The translations under genes were made by a program, and so were the position numbers. A stretch of 64,000 nucleotides of DNA from Vicugna vicugna. Its lineage: Eukaryota. The stretch lies in NCBI GenBank assembly GCA_013265495.1, contig MU058584.1:4718508-4782507 (forward strand), in the 5' to 3' direction. The notes beneath the pieces were generated by a model, which was not told the DNA's origin, searched no databases, and saw only the letters and a program-made list of their open reading frames with translations. Positions 1 through 11,384 of this stretch are shown piece by piece. The first letter of the stretch is position 1; each line of letters begins with the position of its first letter.

Positions 1-90
1 GAGGCAACAAAGGCAAAGAGTGAGAGTGATTGAGTAACTTGCCTAAGTTATGCAGCTAATAGGTGGCAGAACTGGGGTTTGAACCGAGTA
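1..90 (+). mobile_element. MIR SINE fragment
   Basis: Core motif gtaacttgcctaag...cagctaataggtggcagaactggggtttgaacc. Confidence 0.7.
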
Positions 91-443
91 TGATGGGATT
101 GTTTCTGGTTTTTGCTTTTTTCTTGAAATAACATGGTCACTGTGATGGACCTTTTTCCTTTTAAAAGTGCTGAGAATAGGCTGCATTTTTTTCCTGCAGA
201 GAAAAATGAAATATAATTTTTTAGAAATGCTTGTATTTTAACTCAACAATACCGATTTTTTTTTGGATTTATCCTAAAAAGACTCTTATATACAATAATC
301 CACAAATATTAATCAGGCAGCTGTATAGAGTGTATATGAACATTGATGGCAATGCTATTGTTTATAATAGCTAAAAGAGAGAAAAGAAGGAAGGAGCTTT
401 AATGGCAGTTGAATGGGCATTGATTAAATGGCCACTTATATTC

Positions 444-782
444 TGTTGACCTAAAACAAATAGATTGCCAGATATTTCTCTGGCAAAGATGGATTTATTT
501 GAGATCAGAAAATTGCGATTTGGGGTCTGTAACCATGGTGAGCCATGGGCAAGTCCCCACACAGCAAGTGAAGGAGAGTGCTTTTATGGAAAAGAAAAGG
601 AAGGTAGGAGGGCTCTAGTAAACAAACAGTCCGTGGCTTTTCATTGGCAGAGTCCTTGCCAGGAAATAGGAGGAGTCTTTCTTCTTCCTGTTGGGCCCTG
701 CTCTGGTTGCAGCGTGTAAGAGTTCCTTATTCTGGTTTCCCAACTCTATTGAATTGAGGTTTCTGTTTATTAATTTTTTACA
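444..782 (-). mobile_element. Solo ERV LTR (ERV1-like)
   Basis: TG...CA termini and 4-bp flanks attc/atcc. The minus strand has CCAAT, ATAAAAG and AATAAA in LTR order. Confidence 0.6.
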
Positions 783-1112
783 ATCCATATTGTAGGAAAA
801 ATGTACAACTATTAAAATTAATGGCAGAGAGTTTTATTTAACTGATTTGGAAAGATGTGTATCTCAATGTTGAATTTTCAAATGCAAATATGAATCTATA
901 TAAGATTTTTGTAGAGATTTCTAAATGCTAAGGATAGTGTTATCTGTAGAAGCTGTGATTGCTGATTTATACTCTGTACTTTTATATTATTTGATTTTTT
1001 TTTAACACTGAGCATTAATCTGGTTTTGTTGATATAAAAAATTGAAACTTTAAGGGAGCATAATCTTGTGATTTTTCTTTTATTAAATATTTTACCAAAA
1101 AAATCAATTGTT

Positions 1113-1364
1113 TTTTTTTGTCAAAGTCCAAAAGGATTTTTTTAACATTTTTTATTGATTTATAATCATTTTACAATGTTGTGTCAAATTCCAGTGTTCA
1201 GCACAATTTTTCAGTCATTCATGGACATATACACACTCATTGTCACTTTTTTTCTCTGTGAGTTATCATAACATTTTGTATATATTTCCCTGTGCTATAC
1301 AGTGTAATCTTGTTTATCTATTCTACAATTTTGAAATCCCAGTCTATCCCTTCCCACCCTCCAC
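1113..1364 (-). mobile_element. 5'-truncated young L1 3' end with 18-bp TSD
   Basis: CCAAAAAAATCAATTGTT at 1095-1112 and 1365-1382. The body is homologous to the L1 3' ends at 11762 and 28813. Confidence 0.9.
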
Positions 1365-1920
1365 CCAAAAAAATCAATTGTTAATAAATTACTTTCTAAA
1401 ACCTCACTTTATAAAGTCTTAAATGGGGAAATTGAAATACAAAAAAAGTGATTATAAATAAGTAATTCAAGAAGAATTTTATAGAAATGGGAAAGAATAA
1501 AATTTGTTTAAACTTTTTCTTTTTTGGAACGTAAGAGTAGCCACAGTTATAATATAGCTTAAGAAAAAAATGTCGTTCCAAACTTGAAGTAATGTTAAAA
1601 TCTCTTGCATATCTCATTTACAAACATACATGTTTCCTTTCAAAGTGAAACCTTTGCTTGTGTTTCTCTTACATGATAATTACTAAGTCTGTTTACATAT
1701 ATGTTTCTGATAGGAATGTGGTTTATAGAGATTGGAATTAATAATTCAGAATTATTGATGAGAATTAGTTATCTCACTGTAGAATTAGATATTGTTGTCA
1801 GACTTAATGCTACTTTCACAACCTGTTCTAAAATGTAGGCAGTGGTTCTGTTTAATAGAAGGGATTTTGTTAATCCCTATAAATACATTTTTTGCAATCT
1901 TTTTTTGTTTTTAAACATAG

Positions 1921-1983
1921 GCCGACAAGACCTACATGTTACGAGAATATACATCACGGGAGAGCAAAATTGCTAATTTAATG
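1921..1983 (+). CDS. TIPRL: TIPRL penultimate coding exon (ADKTYMLREYTSRESKIANLM)
   Basis: Acceptor ttttaaacatag at 1920, GT donor at 1984, 63 nt in phase 0. The peptide matches the recalled TIP41-like protein C-terminal region. Confidence 0.95.
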
Positions 1984-2159
1984 GTACAGTATTTAAATAT
2001 CAGTTTATAGAAATTAAATTTTAATGTTTTAAGTATGGTATCCCCTCATGCCCCAATCATCTTCCAAATCTGCATCCTAAATCCATTCATTCTCCCAATA
2101 GGGCTCTATAGGATAAATCATACTGGAGCTTATCTTTTCTGGAACTTATCTCAGTTTTA

Positions 2160-2290
2160 GCTAGAGCTGTTAGGTACCTTAGCCATCATCCAGTCCAACT
2201 TCCACATTTTATTCTGGAAAAACTGAGACCCAGAGGTGTGACTTACCCCAAGTCACATAGCTGGTTGGTGGTGGAACTTAATTGAATGTT
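2160..2290 (+). mobile_element. MIR fragment
   Basis: aaactgagacccagagg...tgacttaccccaagtcacatagct core. Confidence 0.7.
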
Positions 2291-2883
2291 CTTTCCACTT
2301 ATCATCCTGTCAGCCTATCATTTCTTTCTACCCAGTCTCCTTTTCCTTTTCCTTTTTTTTTTTTTTATGCTCCCCTGGGAATTGTCAAAGGCTTCTACAA
2401 GTCTGTAGGATTCTCTGATGGGTTGCTTGAAAAGTGATACCTTCCTGCAAATTTGATATTTTTTTATTTACCCTTAGTGCTTATTTCTGTCTATATGAAG
2501 AATCTACATGGGTTAGAAAAGTTACGTAGTCTGTTGTAGACCATATACTGGTGTCTAACTGCAGGCTAGTGTTTTCCAGGTACCAAAATAATAGGGAAAG
2601 GGGATTGGATTAAGATGTACTAAATTCTTAGGAGTATCATATGAGAGCATTATAAATGACAAATCCGTATGCTCTTTGAGGAAATTATCTAGTAACAAAG
2701 CTGAATGATTCAGTAACAAGAGATACCTGTTATTATTAGGAACACCTAATGATGCTCCTTATAGACATATGTTGCACCTCATTTTAAAATTGGCATGCTT
2801 TAGGAATGCTTGAACCAAAGCATTTTCAAAATATATCAGTGCAGTAACTTAATATATGCTAATATGACTTATGTATTTCCTAG

Positions 2884-3027
2884 CATGTTTCACCTTCCCT
2901 CTTCACGGAACCTAATGAAATATCACAGTATTTACCGATAAAGGAAGCAGTTTGTGAGAAGCTGATATTTCCAGAAAGAATTGATCCTAATCCTGCAGAC
3001 TCAAAAGAATGTACACCTGTGGAATAG
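2884..3027 (+). CDS. TIPRL: TIPRL last coding exon ([47 protein letters not shown])
   Basis: Acceptor tttcctag at 2883, in frame with the previous exon, TAG stop at 3025-3027. Matches the recalled mammalian TIPRL C-terminus. Confidence 0.95.
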   Translation, partial: HVSPSLFTEPNEISQYLPIKEAVCEKLIFPERIDPNPADSKECTPVE

Positions 3028-5045
3028 CATGTGTTACAACATATACTCACCGTGGAATCTTACTGGAGACCTTGGAACTGTTTGGAGGGGGGTGTTTTTA
3101 TTATGAGAATTAATTGCCTTGTCTATGTGCAGATTGTCTAGCCTTAAGGGAAAAAAAAAAGATTATTGCAGGCAGGTTCCACTTAACTGCTGTTTGTACT
3201 CTCTGTCTTCAAATTCATATTCCAGATTGATACTTTCTGGAGTTAAATTCAGATTTCTAAATTGTCACAATGTGAGGTCTCACCAGTAGGGGGTGATGTA
3301 TGTATGTCTCAGGAGCAGTGGATGTAATCTGCATCTATCATGAAACACTATCTTCTACCGTGAGGAGGTTAATTTAAATCACTGAGATGTAACACCTTGT
3401 GAGTTTCATAGGATTCCTAATCGTGCACGTTGATGTATTGGCTCTTTACCTTGGGCTTTTTGATGTTTATTCACACTTCGGGAGAGTCATGACTTGCCTC
3501 CTAGGAAGTTTATCCCAAGGATCTGTACCCAGAAAAAAAAAATTTTTAATCCCCCCCCCCAATTTAAATTGGCTTCTGAAGTTTAAGGAAAGTTTCAGAC
3601 ATAGAACCAAATAACCTAGGCTTTTGGAGAACGTAAGGTGTTATGTCCATGGAAATACATGGAACATGGTTTGCCACTGACAGGTAGGATGTCAGATCTG
3701 CCTCTCCTCCATCTTTAGGTGCTTTTTTTTATGTGTGGTTCTATTTGTACTAACGTTTTTTACTTACATCTTCCATGCACCCTCAGAGTGAATAAATCCA
3801 TTGAATACTGAATTTGGTATTGGTCCTAAAAAGTTTGAGGAGTTAATATGGATTGCTTTAAGCAAAAATTAAATCAACCTCTAAAGCAACTAGATTAATT
3901 TTTTTGCCTAAAATATCTGAAGGGTAGCTGTGGAGGAGGAGCAGCTTATTTTAAAATATAAAAGCCAGTTTTTCTTAAGATTCATGTTTTTAACATTACA
4001 AGGGGATCTAGTAAAACGTATTTAATTAGTACAAGACCTAGGTAGTACAGAAAGTACACAAAAGTAAATTTAAAATCCATTTGGTTATTTTGATGGTGAC
4101 CCTTTAAACATTTTATATTCTTTTCTGCTTTTCTAAATGGTCTCCATAAAGTAGAAAGTGATTACAAAGCACCAAGTAAGAAATTACCTTAAATGGATTT
4201 TTTTAAACTTTTATTTTCAGGGCAGGGGAAAAAATTACCCCCTTTTTTCCTGGTTTGAAATAACTATTGTATATATTTCCACTTGATGCATAAGTCATTA
4301 AAGAAGAATATTTAATTGTAAGTATTAGCAAAGGTCTTCAGGCATTAGCCTGAAGATGAATTTTTGTGAAACAAACACAATTGGACGTGCATCATTGCTT
4401 AGACTCTGGTCTGTTGTGTGTATTGTTTTTTTGACTAATTTTATTAGCTAAATTTGGTCACAGATGATTTTGGTATTTGTTTGCCTTCTGCTGCATCACC
4501 TGCAAGGTATAGGAAATCAGGATTTTATTGGCTTTAAGAAAATACATGGCATGTTCACTGTATATTAAATGTACCTGTATTTAATGTTTTCTCTTAGGAC
4601 AGAAGAGTGTATATATTGTACTCCGCTTTCTGTTTATTTGCCGTGCAGATTTGAACAGAACAGATCCTTTAGTCATACAAATTATAAGCGGAAAACTTGT
4701 AAGAATATTCATTAGTTGAATTAGTTGAGGTTTCTGGGCAACATCGTATTCTATATATATTTTTAACTTGATTCAGATGTCTTAGTCCCCAGCTCAGTCT
4801 TAGATTACTTATCTTGAGAATCCATTGTTAAAAATTGTAGGGAATTAAAAGAATTGGCCTTTTTATTGAGAGAGGGAGGTGGATAGGATGAGTGTGCTTC
4901 TGAAAACTTCATTAGTTTATTCACGTGGAGAATACCAAGAAAACTTGCATTTGTTCATTGCTAAATAAGGCATACACCATTTTATATTTATTTGTTCCAA
5001 GTGTCTTTTTGTAAGAGAATAAACAATAAGTAATTACTGCTTTGC
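3028..5045 (+). other. TIPRL: TIPRL 3' UTR with candidate polyA signals AATAAA at 3791 and 5018
   Basis: AT-rich and repeat-poor sequence after the stop. AATAAA at 5018-5023 is followed by a U/GU-rich tract. Confidence 0.65.
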
Positions 5046-5415
5046 GTTTTGCTATTTCAATTATTTTAGCTTTTCTTGACGCTTAATTTAAAAATGATTT
5101 GTTATACCTTTCTTATTTGTTTTGAACTTCGTCAACATTATAGCCAGAGTCTCTGGACAGATTATAAATGAAAATCTAACAGGTAGCTCAGAATATAATC
5201 CTCCAGTTTAGCTACTGGGCTCTTGTTCTTCCTCTTCTTCTGTCCCCTCGTACTTCAGTGGATGTTTTAATCAGCCGTTGTTTTCTGTATGATGGCTTAA
5301 TGCTTTCTGTTTTTGAATATATGCATGCTTGTGGTATATATCATTTTATTTAGTTTTAAGTACTATATGTTCAATATGGTGCTAGGTACAAGGGATTACA
5401 ATAATGAAGAGATAC

Positions 5416-5752
5416 TCAACTGGCCCTCCATATCTGCAGGGTCCTGCACCTGCAGATTCAACCAACCATGGATCAAAAATACTGAAGAAAAAAGAACTCC
5501 AAAAAGCAAAACTTGAATTTGCTGTGTACCTGGCAACTATTTACATAGCGTTTATATTGTATTTACAACTATCTACATGTCCTTTACATTGTATTAAGCA
5601 TAAGTAATCTAGAGATAATTTAAAGTACATGGGAGGATGTATGTAGGTTATGTGCCAATATGCCATTTTACATAAGGGACCTGAGCATCCTCCAGTTATG
5701 GTGTGGGGAGGCGGGTAGAATCAGTCCTCTGTGGATACCGAGGAGTGACTCC
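5416..5752 (+). mobile_element. MER2-like Tigger DNA transposon
   Basis: Terminal inverted repeat-like ends ggccctccatatctg...ggataccgagg and a MER2-like gattcaaccaacc start. Confidence 0.75.
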
Positions 5753-6224
5753 AGTATATGGAGTCTTCATGGAGTTAAAGTCGAGTGGAGGAGACAGAGT
5801 AAAAATAATGGCGAATTTTAGTAACGGCAATGAGAAAAAATTCTGAATTAAGAGAATAACAAAATCACCTTTAGTAGAGGTAATTAGGGTTCTGCCCAGA
5901 AGAGAATGTAGAAAACCTCAAGAGAATGTCACTCCTAACTTAACCAGAAGAAAAAGCTAAGTAACCGACACAATTACAGTTTATCTTGAGCATATCAGAC
6001 AACTGAGGCTGCAAAACAAAGTAAACTGAATCCTAAAGAGCAATAAGGCCTCCAGTGAGGGGCGGAACAGGCAAATTTTTTCCTCTAAGAGCATGAGAGA
6101 AAGAGGTGGCCACTGTACAAGCAGGTAAAAAAGGCAACAAATTTGAACAAGGTCCAAGAGGCTCGGTATGGGCTAATGTGTCAGTTTGGAATAGCTCAGA
6201 GTCTCAAATAAGGTGATCCAGTTT

Positions 6225-7636
6225 AAAATCCTAGCAGGCTTTTTCATTAGACATTGATAAGATGACTTTCAATTGTATATGGAAGTCCAAAGAATCTAGG
6301 ATAGCCAAAACAATTTAGAGTAAGAATAAAGTTGGAGGACTCAAATGACCTGATTTCAGATATTACTCTAGAGCCACAGTCATCAAGACTGTGACAGTTA
6401 TGTTAGGTTAGACATATAGATCAATGGAACAGAACAGTAAATCAAGATATAGATCTACACACATATGGTTGATTGATTTTGAACAAAGATGCAAATTTAG
6501 TTCAATGGAGAAAGGTTAGTCTTTTCAACAGGTGGTACTGGAACAATTAGACATCCACATGCAAAAAAAAAACAAAAACAAAAAATCTCGAACCTGACCT
6601 CATACCATGTACAAAACTTAACACAAAATAAATCATAGACCTCAGTGTAAAACCTAAAATTGTAAAGTTGTAGAAGTAAATAAACAAACAATCTTAGCAG
6701 CTTTAGGTTGGCGAAGATTTCAATAAAACACAAAAAGCACTGAACATAAAGAGAAAAAATAGATAAAATGGCCTTCACTGAAATGAAAACCTCCAACTTT
6801 TTGAAAGACATTGTTAAGAATATCAATAGATAAGCCAGACACAGGGAGAAAATATTTGCAAGACACATATCTAGTAAAGGACTTGTACCCAGAATACATA
6901 AAGAATTCTTAGCTCAATAATAAATAACCCATTTCATCTTTTGACACTGGATGGGTAAAACTGAGTTTGACTTTCTTTTTTTTTTTAATTGAAGTACAGT
7001 CAATTGCAATTGCAATCTGGTGTACAGCACAATGTCCCAGTCATGCATATACATACATACATTCATTTTCATATTTTTTCCATTAAATGTTATTACAAGA
7101 TAAAAAATAATAAATAACCCAATTTTAATAGTTGTGGATAGTAAATAAGCTTATGAAAAGATGCTCAAAATCACCAGTTATTAGGCAAATACAAATTAAA
7201 AGTTCAATGAGATATCACCACACCTATTACAGCTAAAATTTAAAAATCTGATAATGCCAATTGGCAGTGAGGGTGTGAAACAGCTGGAGTCTCACACATT
7301 GCCTGGGAGAATGTGAAATGGTTCAACAATTTCACTTAAAGCATTTCACTATAAAGTTTCACATACTATTCAACCCAGCACTCGTAGAGAAATAAAACCT
7401 GCTAACACAAAGGCATATGCACATGTTTATAACAGCTTTATTCATAATTACTACAAACTGGAAACAATCCAAATGTCCAGATAAACAACCTGTGTTACAT
7501 CCTTACTACTCAGCAATAAAATGGAACTGACTACTAATGCACACAACTCCATGGGGGAATCTTTAAACCATCACGCTAAGTAGAAGAAGCCAGTCATGAA
7601 AGAATATACATACTGTATGATTTCATTCTTAACAGC
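6225..7636 (+). mobile_element. Old L1 (degenerate ORF2 3' part and 3' UTR), continuing at 8123-8240 after an LTR insertion
   Basis: ORF2-like segments atagccaaaacaat, gatcaatggaacagaa and gagaaaatatttgca. Confidence 0.85.
6932..7105 (-). mobile_element. Short younger L1 3' end nested in the older L1, 16-bp TSD
   Basis: AATAATAAATAACCCA at 6916-6931 and 7106-7121, with an L1 3'-end body from about 6976. Confidence 0.8.
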
Positions 7637-8122
7637 TGTATTAAGGCTCTTCAGACAAACAGAACCAATAGGAGATAGATACTTACATAAATGGGGTTCA
7701 TTATATGAAATTGATTCAGGAGGTGATGGAGGCTGAAAACTCCCAAGATCTGTAGTCAGCAAGTGGGACATCCAGGAGAGCCAATGGTACAAATTCCAGG
7801 CTGAAAGCCAGCAGGCTTGAGACTCAAGAAGAGCCCATGTCTCAGTTCAAGTCCAAAGGCAGGGAAAGACCTTTCGTCGCAGCTCAAGGTAATCATGCAA
7901 GAGGAGTCCTCTTTTACTCAGCCTTTTTATTCTATTTGGATCTTCAACTTATTGCATGAGCCTGCTAATATTAGAGAGGACAAAATGCTCTACTCAGTCT
8001 ACCCATTCAAATGTTAATCTCTTCCAGAAACATCTGCACAGACACACCCAGGATATTGTTTGAACAAATGTCTGGGCATCTTTCTGGCCCACATGAGTGG
8101 ATATATAGAATTCACCATCACA
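7637..8122. mobile_element. MLT2-like (ERVL) LTR inserted in an L1 3' UTR
   Basis: tgtattaagg...cagaaccaatagga start and aattcaccatcaca end. L1 sequence resumes on the other side. Confidence 0.75.
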
Positions 8123-8239
8123 ATGACATTCTGGAAAAGGCAGAACTGTTAGGCAGGAATCAAATCAGTGGTTGCAAGAGGAGGGGAGATTATTGAACAC
8201 AAAGGGATATGAGGGAAATTTGGGGGAGGTGAATGAGGT

Positions 8240-8710
8240 TTGATGCCTATTAGACATCCAAATGTTTAATGTGTAGTTTAATGAGTAATGAAATCTGTAG
8301 CTCAAAAGATGAGCTAAAAATTGGGGGTTATCATCAATATAGATAACATTTAAAGTCATAGCAATGAAGGAGTTCACTTTGAGAATTTTTTTAGGAAATG
8401 AAGGCATTAGGGGGATCCCTGAGCAACACTTGGACATCAGAGAGAGGAGAAAGAAGAGCCAATGAGTAGATCAAAACCAGGGGAGAGTAGCAGAAGCCAA
8501 GGGGAGAGCAGAACATTTAAATGAAGGAGTTGTCATCCGTGTTGAGTGCTGTCAAGGGAACTAGTAAGGTGACAGTGGTTTCCATTGGCAGCATGAAGGT
8601 CGAGCTGATTTTGATACAGTTTTGGGAGAGTGGTGATGGCAGAAGCCAGACCAGACTGTGAAAATCAGACACAGAGATGAGAGATCTTTCAACAAAACTG
8701 CTTTCACAGG
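8240..8710. mobile_element. L2 LINE fragment
   Basis: Purine-rich L2-like motifs (tagacatccaaatg, aagccagaccagact). Confidence 0.55.
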
Positions 8711-9253
8711 AATAGGCTGGTAGCCGTGGTGTTGCGGGGACAATCACGTCCATGGGAAGAGTCCAGGAATCAGACTGGTGATTCAGGAGAGGGGGTGGCC
8801 GATGGAGCAATCTGTGTAATTTTAAATGAGGCAATTTAAAGCCTCACATTTTATCACCTTTTATCAGCCTTTTCTCACAGTAATTTGGTAAAGAATTATT
8901 ATTAAACCTATCAAAACAACGTTCCAGATAATGTTTCTGTTTCCAGAAACTAGAAATAATCTAGTTTCTTTCCTTACATGCTTAACACATAGCTTTACAG
9001 ATTATCAAATGCTTTCCCTAATCTTTCCCAGGAGCACATACCTCGTTGTTGCGAGGATGCACTGCTCATGTGAATGTGAGGCCTCTTCTTGCTTCGGGGC
9101 TTTACTGAGTTGCATTACAACTACAAGGTCAGGCGGTGCTTACGGGACATCTGCGCTGTTATTGTCTCCAGGAAACATCTTTAGGTGTGTGGATTTTCCT
9201 GCTTAAGATGTATTTAGGGCATTGGCCAAGAAATACTTGTGTGGATTTGAATG

Positions 9254-9336
9254 CTGGACTAGCTCAGTGGTAGAGCTTGTGCTTAGCATGCACAAGGTCC
9301 TGGGTTCGATCTCTTGTACCTCCATATAAAAAAAAA
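9254..9336 (+). mobile_element. tRNA-derived SINE (camelid vic-1-like)
   Basis: A-box tagctcagtggtagag, B-box gggttcgatc and an A tail. Confidence 0.85.
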
Positions 9337-9399
9337 TGCGAAAACACAAGGAAACTTAAGACTTAGTAAAATGATATTAAAATATTAAACAAACAAACA

Positions 9400-9795
9400 A
9401 ACAAACAAAACACCAGAAATTGATTCTCTCACACTTCTGGAGGCCAGAAAGGCATCCATCAAGGCGATGGCAGGGCTGTGCGCCCTCATGAGGCTCCAGT
9501 GGAGAGTCCCTTCTTTGCCTCTTCCGGCTTCTGGTGGCCTTCAGCTTTCCTTGGCTTGTGGCTGCATCACTCCAGCCTCTGATCCCACTGCTTTCTCCTC
9601 TTCCTTCTGTGTCAGTTTTCTTCCCGTCTCCCTCTTCTAAAAAAATGTGATTATGTTAGGGCCCAGCTGGATAAACCAGGCTACTCTAGCTCAAGATTCT
9701 TAAAGTAATCACACCTATGAAATCCTACCCCTCCCTCTTTATTAGGGCATATAAGATAACATTTACAGACTCCAGTGATGAGGACCAACACTGTG
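9400..9795. mobile_element. MLT1-like MaLR LTR
   Basis: ttctggaggccagaa...ggcagggc...ttccttggcttgtggctgcatcactcca motifs. Confidence 0.75.
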
Positions 9796-9989
9796 GGAGA
9801 TTTTAAGCAGGGCAACGACTCAGTCAGACTTAGGTTTACAAAGACCCTTCAGGGGATGATGTGGCCCAGTCAGAAAGAGCCCTCTGAAGACATTTATTAA
9901 GCCTGACTTGAAAAAGCATGGTGGAACAGTGGATTGAAGGAAACTGCAGTAAATTCACTCTACCTACCCCGGGAAGCAGCCTGAGGGGT

Positions 9990-10190
9990 TGGTTAGAAGA
10001 GGGGCTTAGGAGTTAGACTCATTAATGTGGAACTCAGGATCCCAGAGGAAATTATTTAACCTTTCCAAGCCTCAGTTTCCTCCTCTGTGAAAGCTGGATG
10101 TGGATAGTACTATCTACCTTTTGGGGTTGTTGAGACGAGTAAACTAAATACAATACATGAAAGCTGATTGGCGCAGGAGTGGTACTCAAC
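9990..10190 (-). mobile_element. MIR
   Basis: ttatttaaccttt...agcctcagtttcctcctctgtgaaa core. Confidence 0.7.
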
Positions 10191-11384
10191 AAAGCACGCT
10201 CTGATGATGACTGACATCGTTCTAGAAGCAGGCTCCTGAGCAGAGATGGCTGGAAACCCCAGAGCTGGGACCCATTTCACCCAATGGCCTCTGACCAGCT
10301 TGAACCAGTCAACTCGAAGATAGACAGCGTCTGTGCAGCGCTGAAAGAACTCCTGTTTCCTAGTGGGATGGTTTAGCCATACTCAAATGCAGAAATCACT
10401 TACAAATAATAATGTTCTCTTAGACTATCAGAGCCTGCCCATGCTTGACACCCTACACTTGATAACTATGTGGCAGGAAGAATGCATTTTTAATTTTAAT
10501 GCGTGGTGTTTAAAGTTAATCAGTACATATTGGTTAAGCAACTATGTGCAGAGCATGATGCTTACGTCATTGTGTTTGGAGACCAGGCTGGAAAGTCAGC
10601 TTGGGGCCATTTAAAAGGGCCTTGAGTGGTAGGCGAGGCCTTCTGACTTGATGGTGAAGACAGGGGGAAGCAGGTGCAGACTTTGAGAAGAAGGCATGAC
10701 CTGATGAAAATGGTACATGAACATGATTAAACCTGCGGTGGCAGGAGGGATTTGAGGTTGAAGAAAGGGAAAGACAGGGGGCCACTTAGGAAGCTAGAGC
10801 AGTTTCCCACACATGAAGTGCCTGGGACTGGATGGGAGAGAAGCAGGGGGGATGGAGGGGAGAGGAAAACTTGAAAGAAATCTTCCTTCAGATAAATTAG
10901 TTGCTAAGGGTAGGTTCAAATAGCAGGTGATAGAGCAGTAACAATGAAAAGGTAAGGCTTGATCGGTAGGTAGCAGAGTGACAATTGTGCAGCAGGAGCC
11001 ACTGAGATCTTTTTCTTGTCCTGGTGGGGAGGTGTTTGGGCAGCGTTGCTCACCTTCAGAAGAGTGGGTCACCACTGAGAGAAGCCAGAATGAGGTTTAT
11101 GCGGAAGGGCAGCTCTGGGAAGCCCTGGAAAGGATCAAGTTCTACCCCTACTCTCCTGGGCAAATAATCAGACTTTTGTGTCAAATTTCAAAAGGAGAAG
11201 CTTCCTGACCATGATGGGGGCCACAGCCATCTAGGCAACCAGACGGGAATGGCCCTAGGTACAGAAGGGGCTGCAGGTGGGTGGCTCTGAGGAGGGGCGG
11301 GGGTGGGAAGGAGGAGGGTCTGTGGCTCTGGGTCCTCACGATAGTGGGTGGTGGAGGCTGAGTGGGTTCCCCGTGATGTGCCAG

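Noticed and set aside
9254..9336. tRNA-like sequence with A/B boxes (also 13299, 28441, 46218)
   Set aside because: A-tails, TSDs and degenerate stems indicate SINEs, not tRNA genes.
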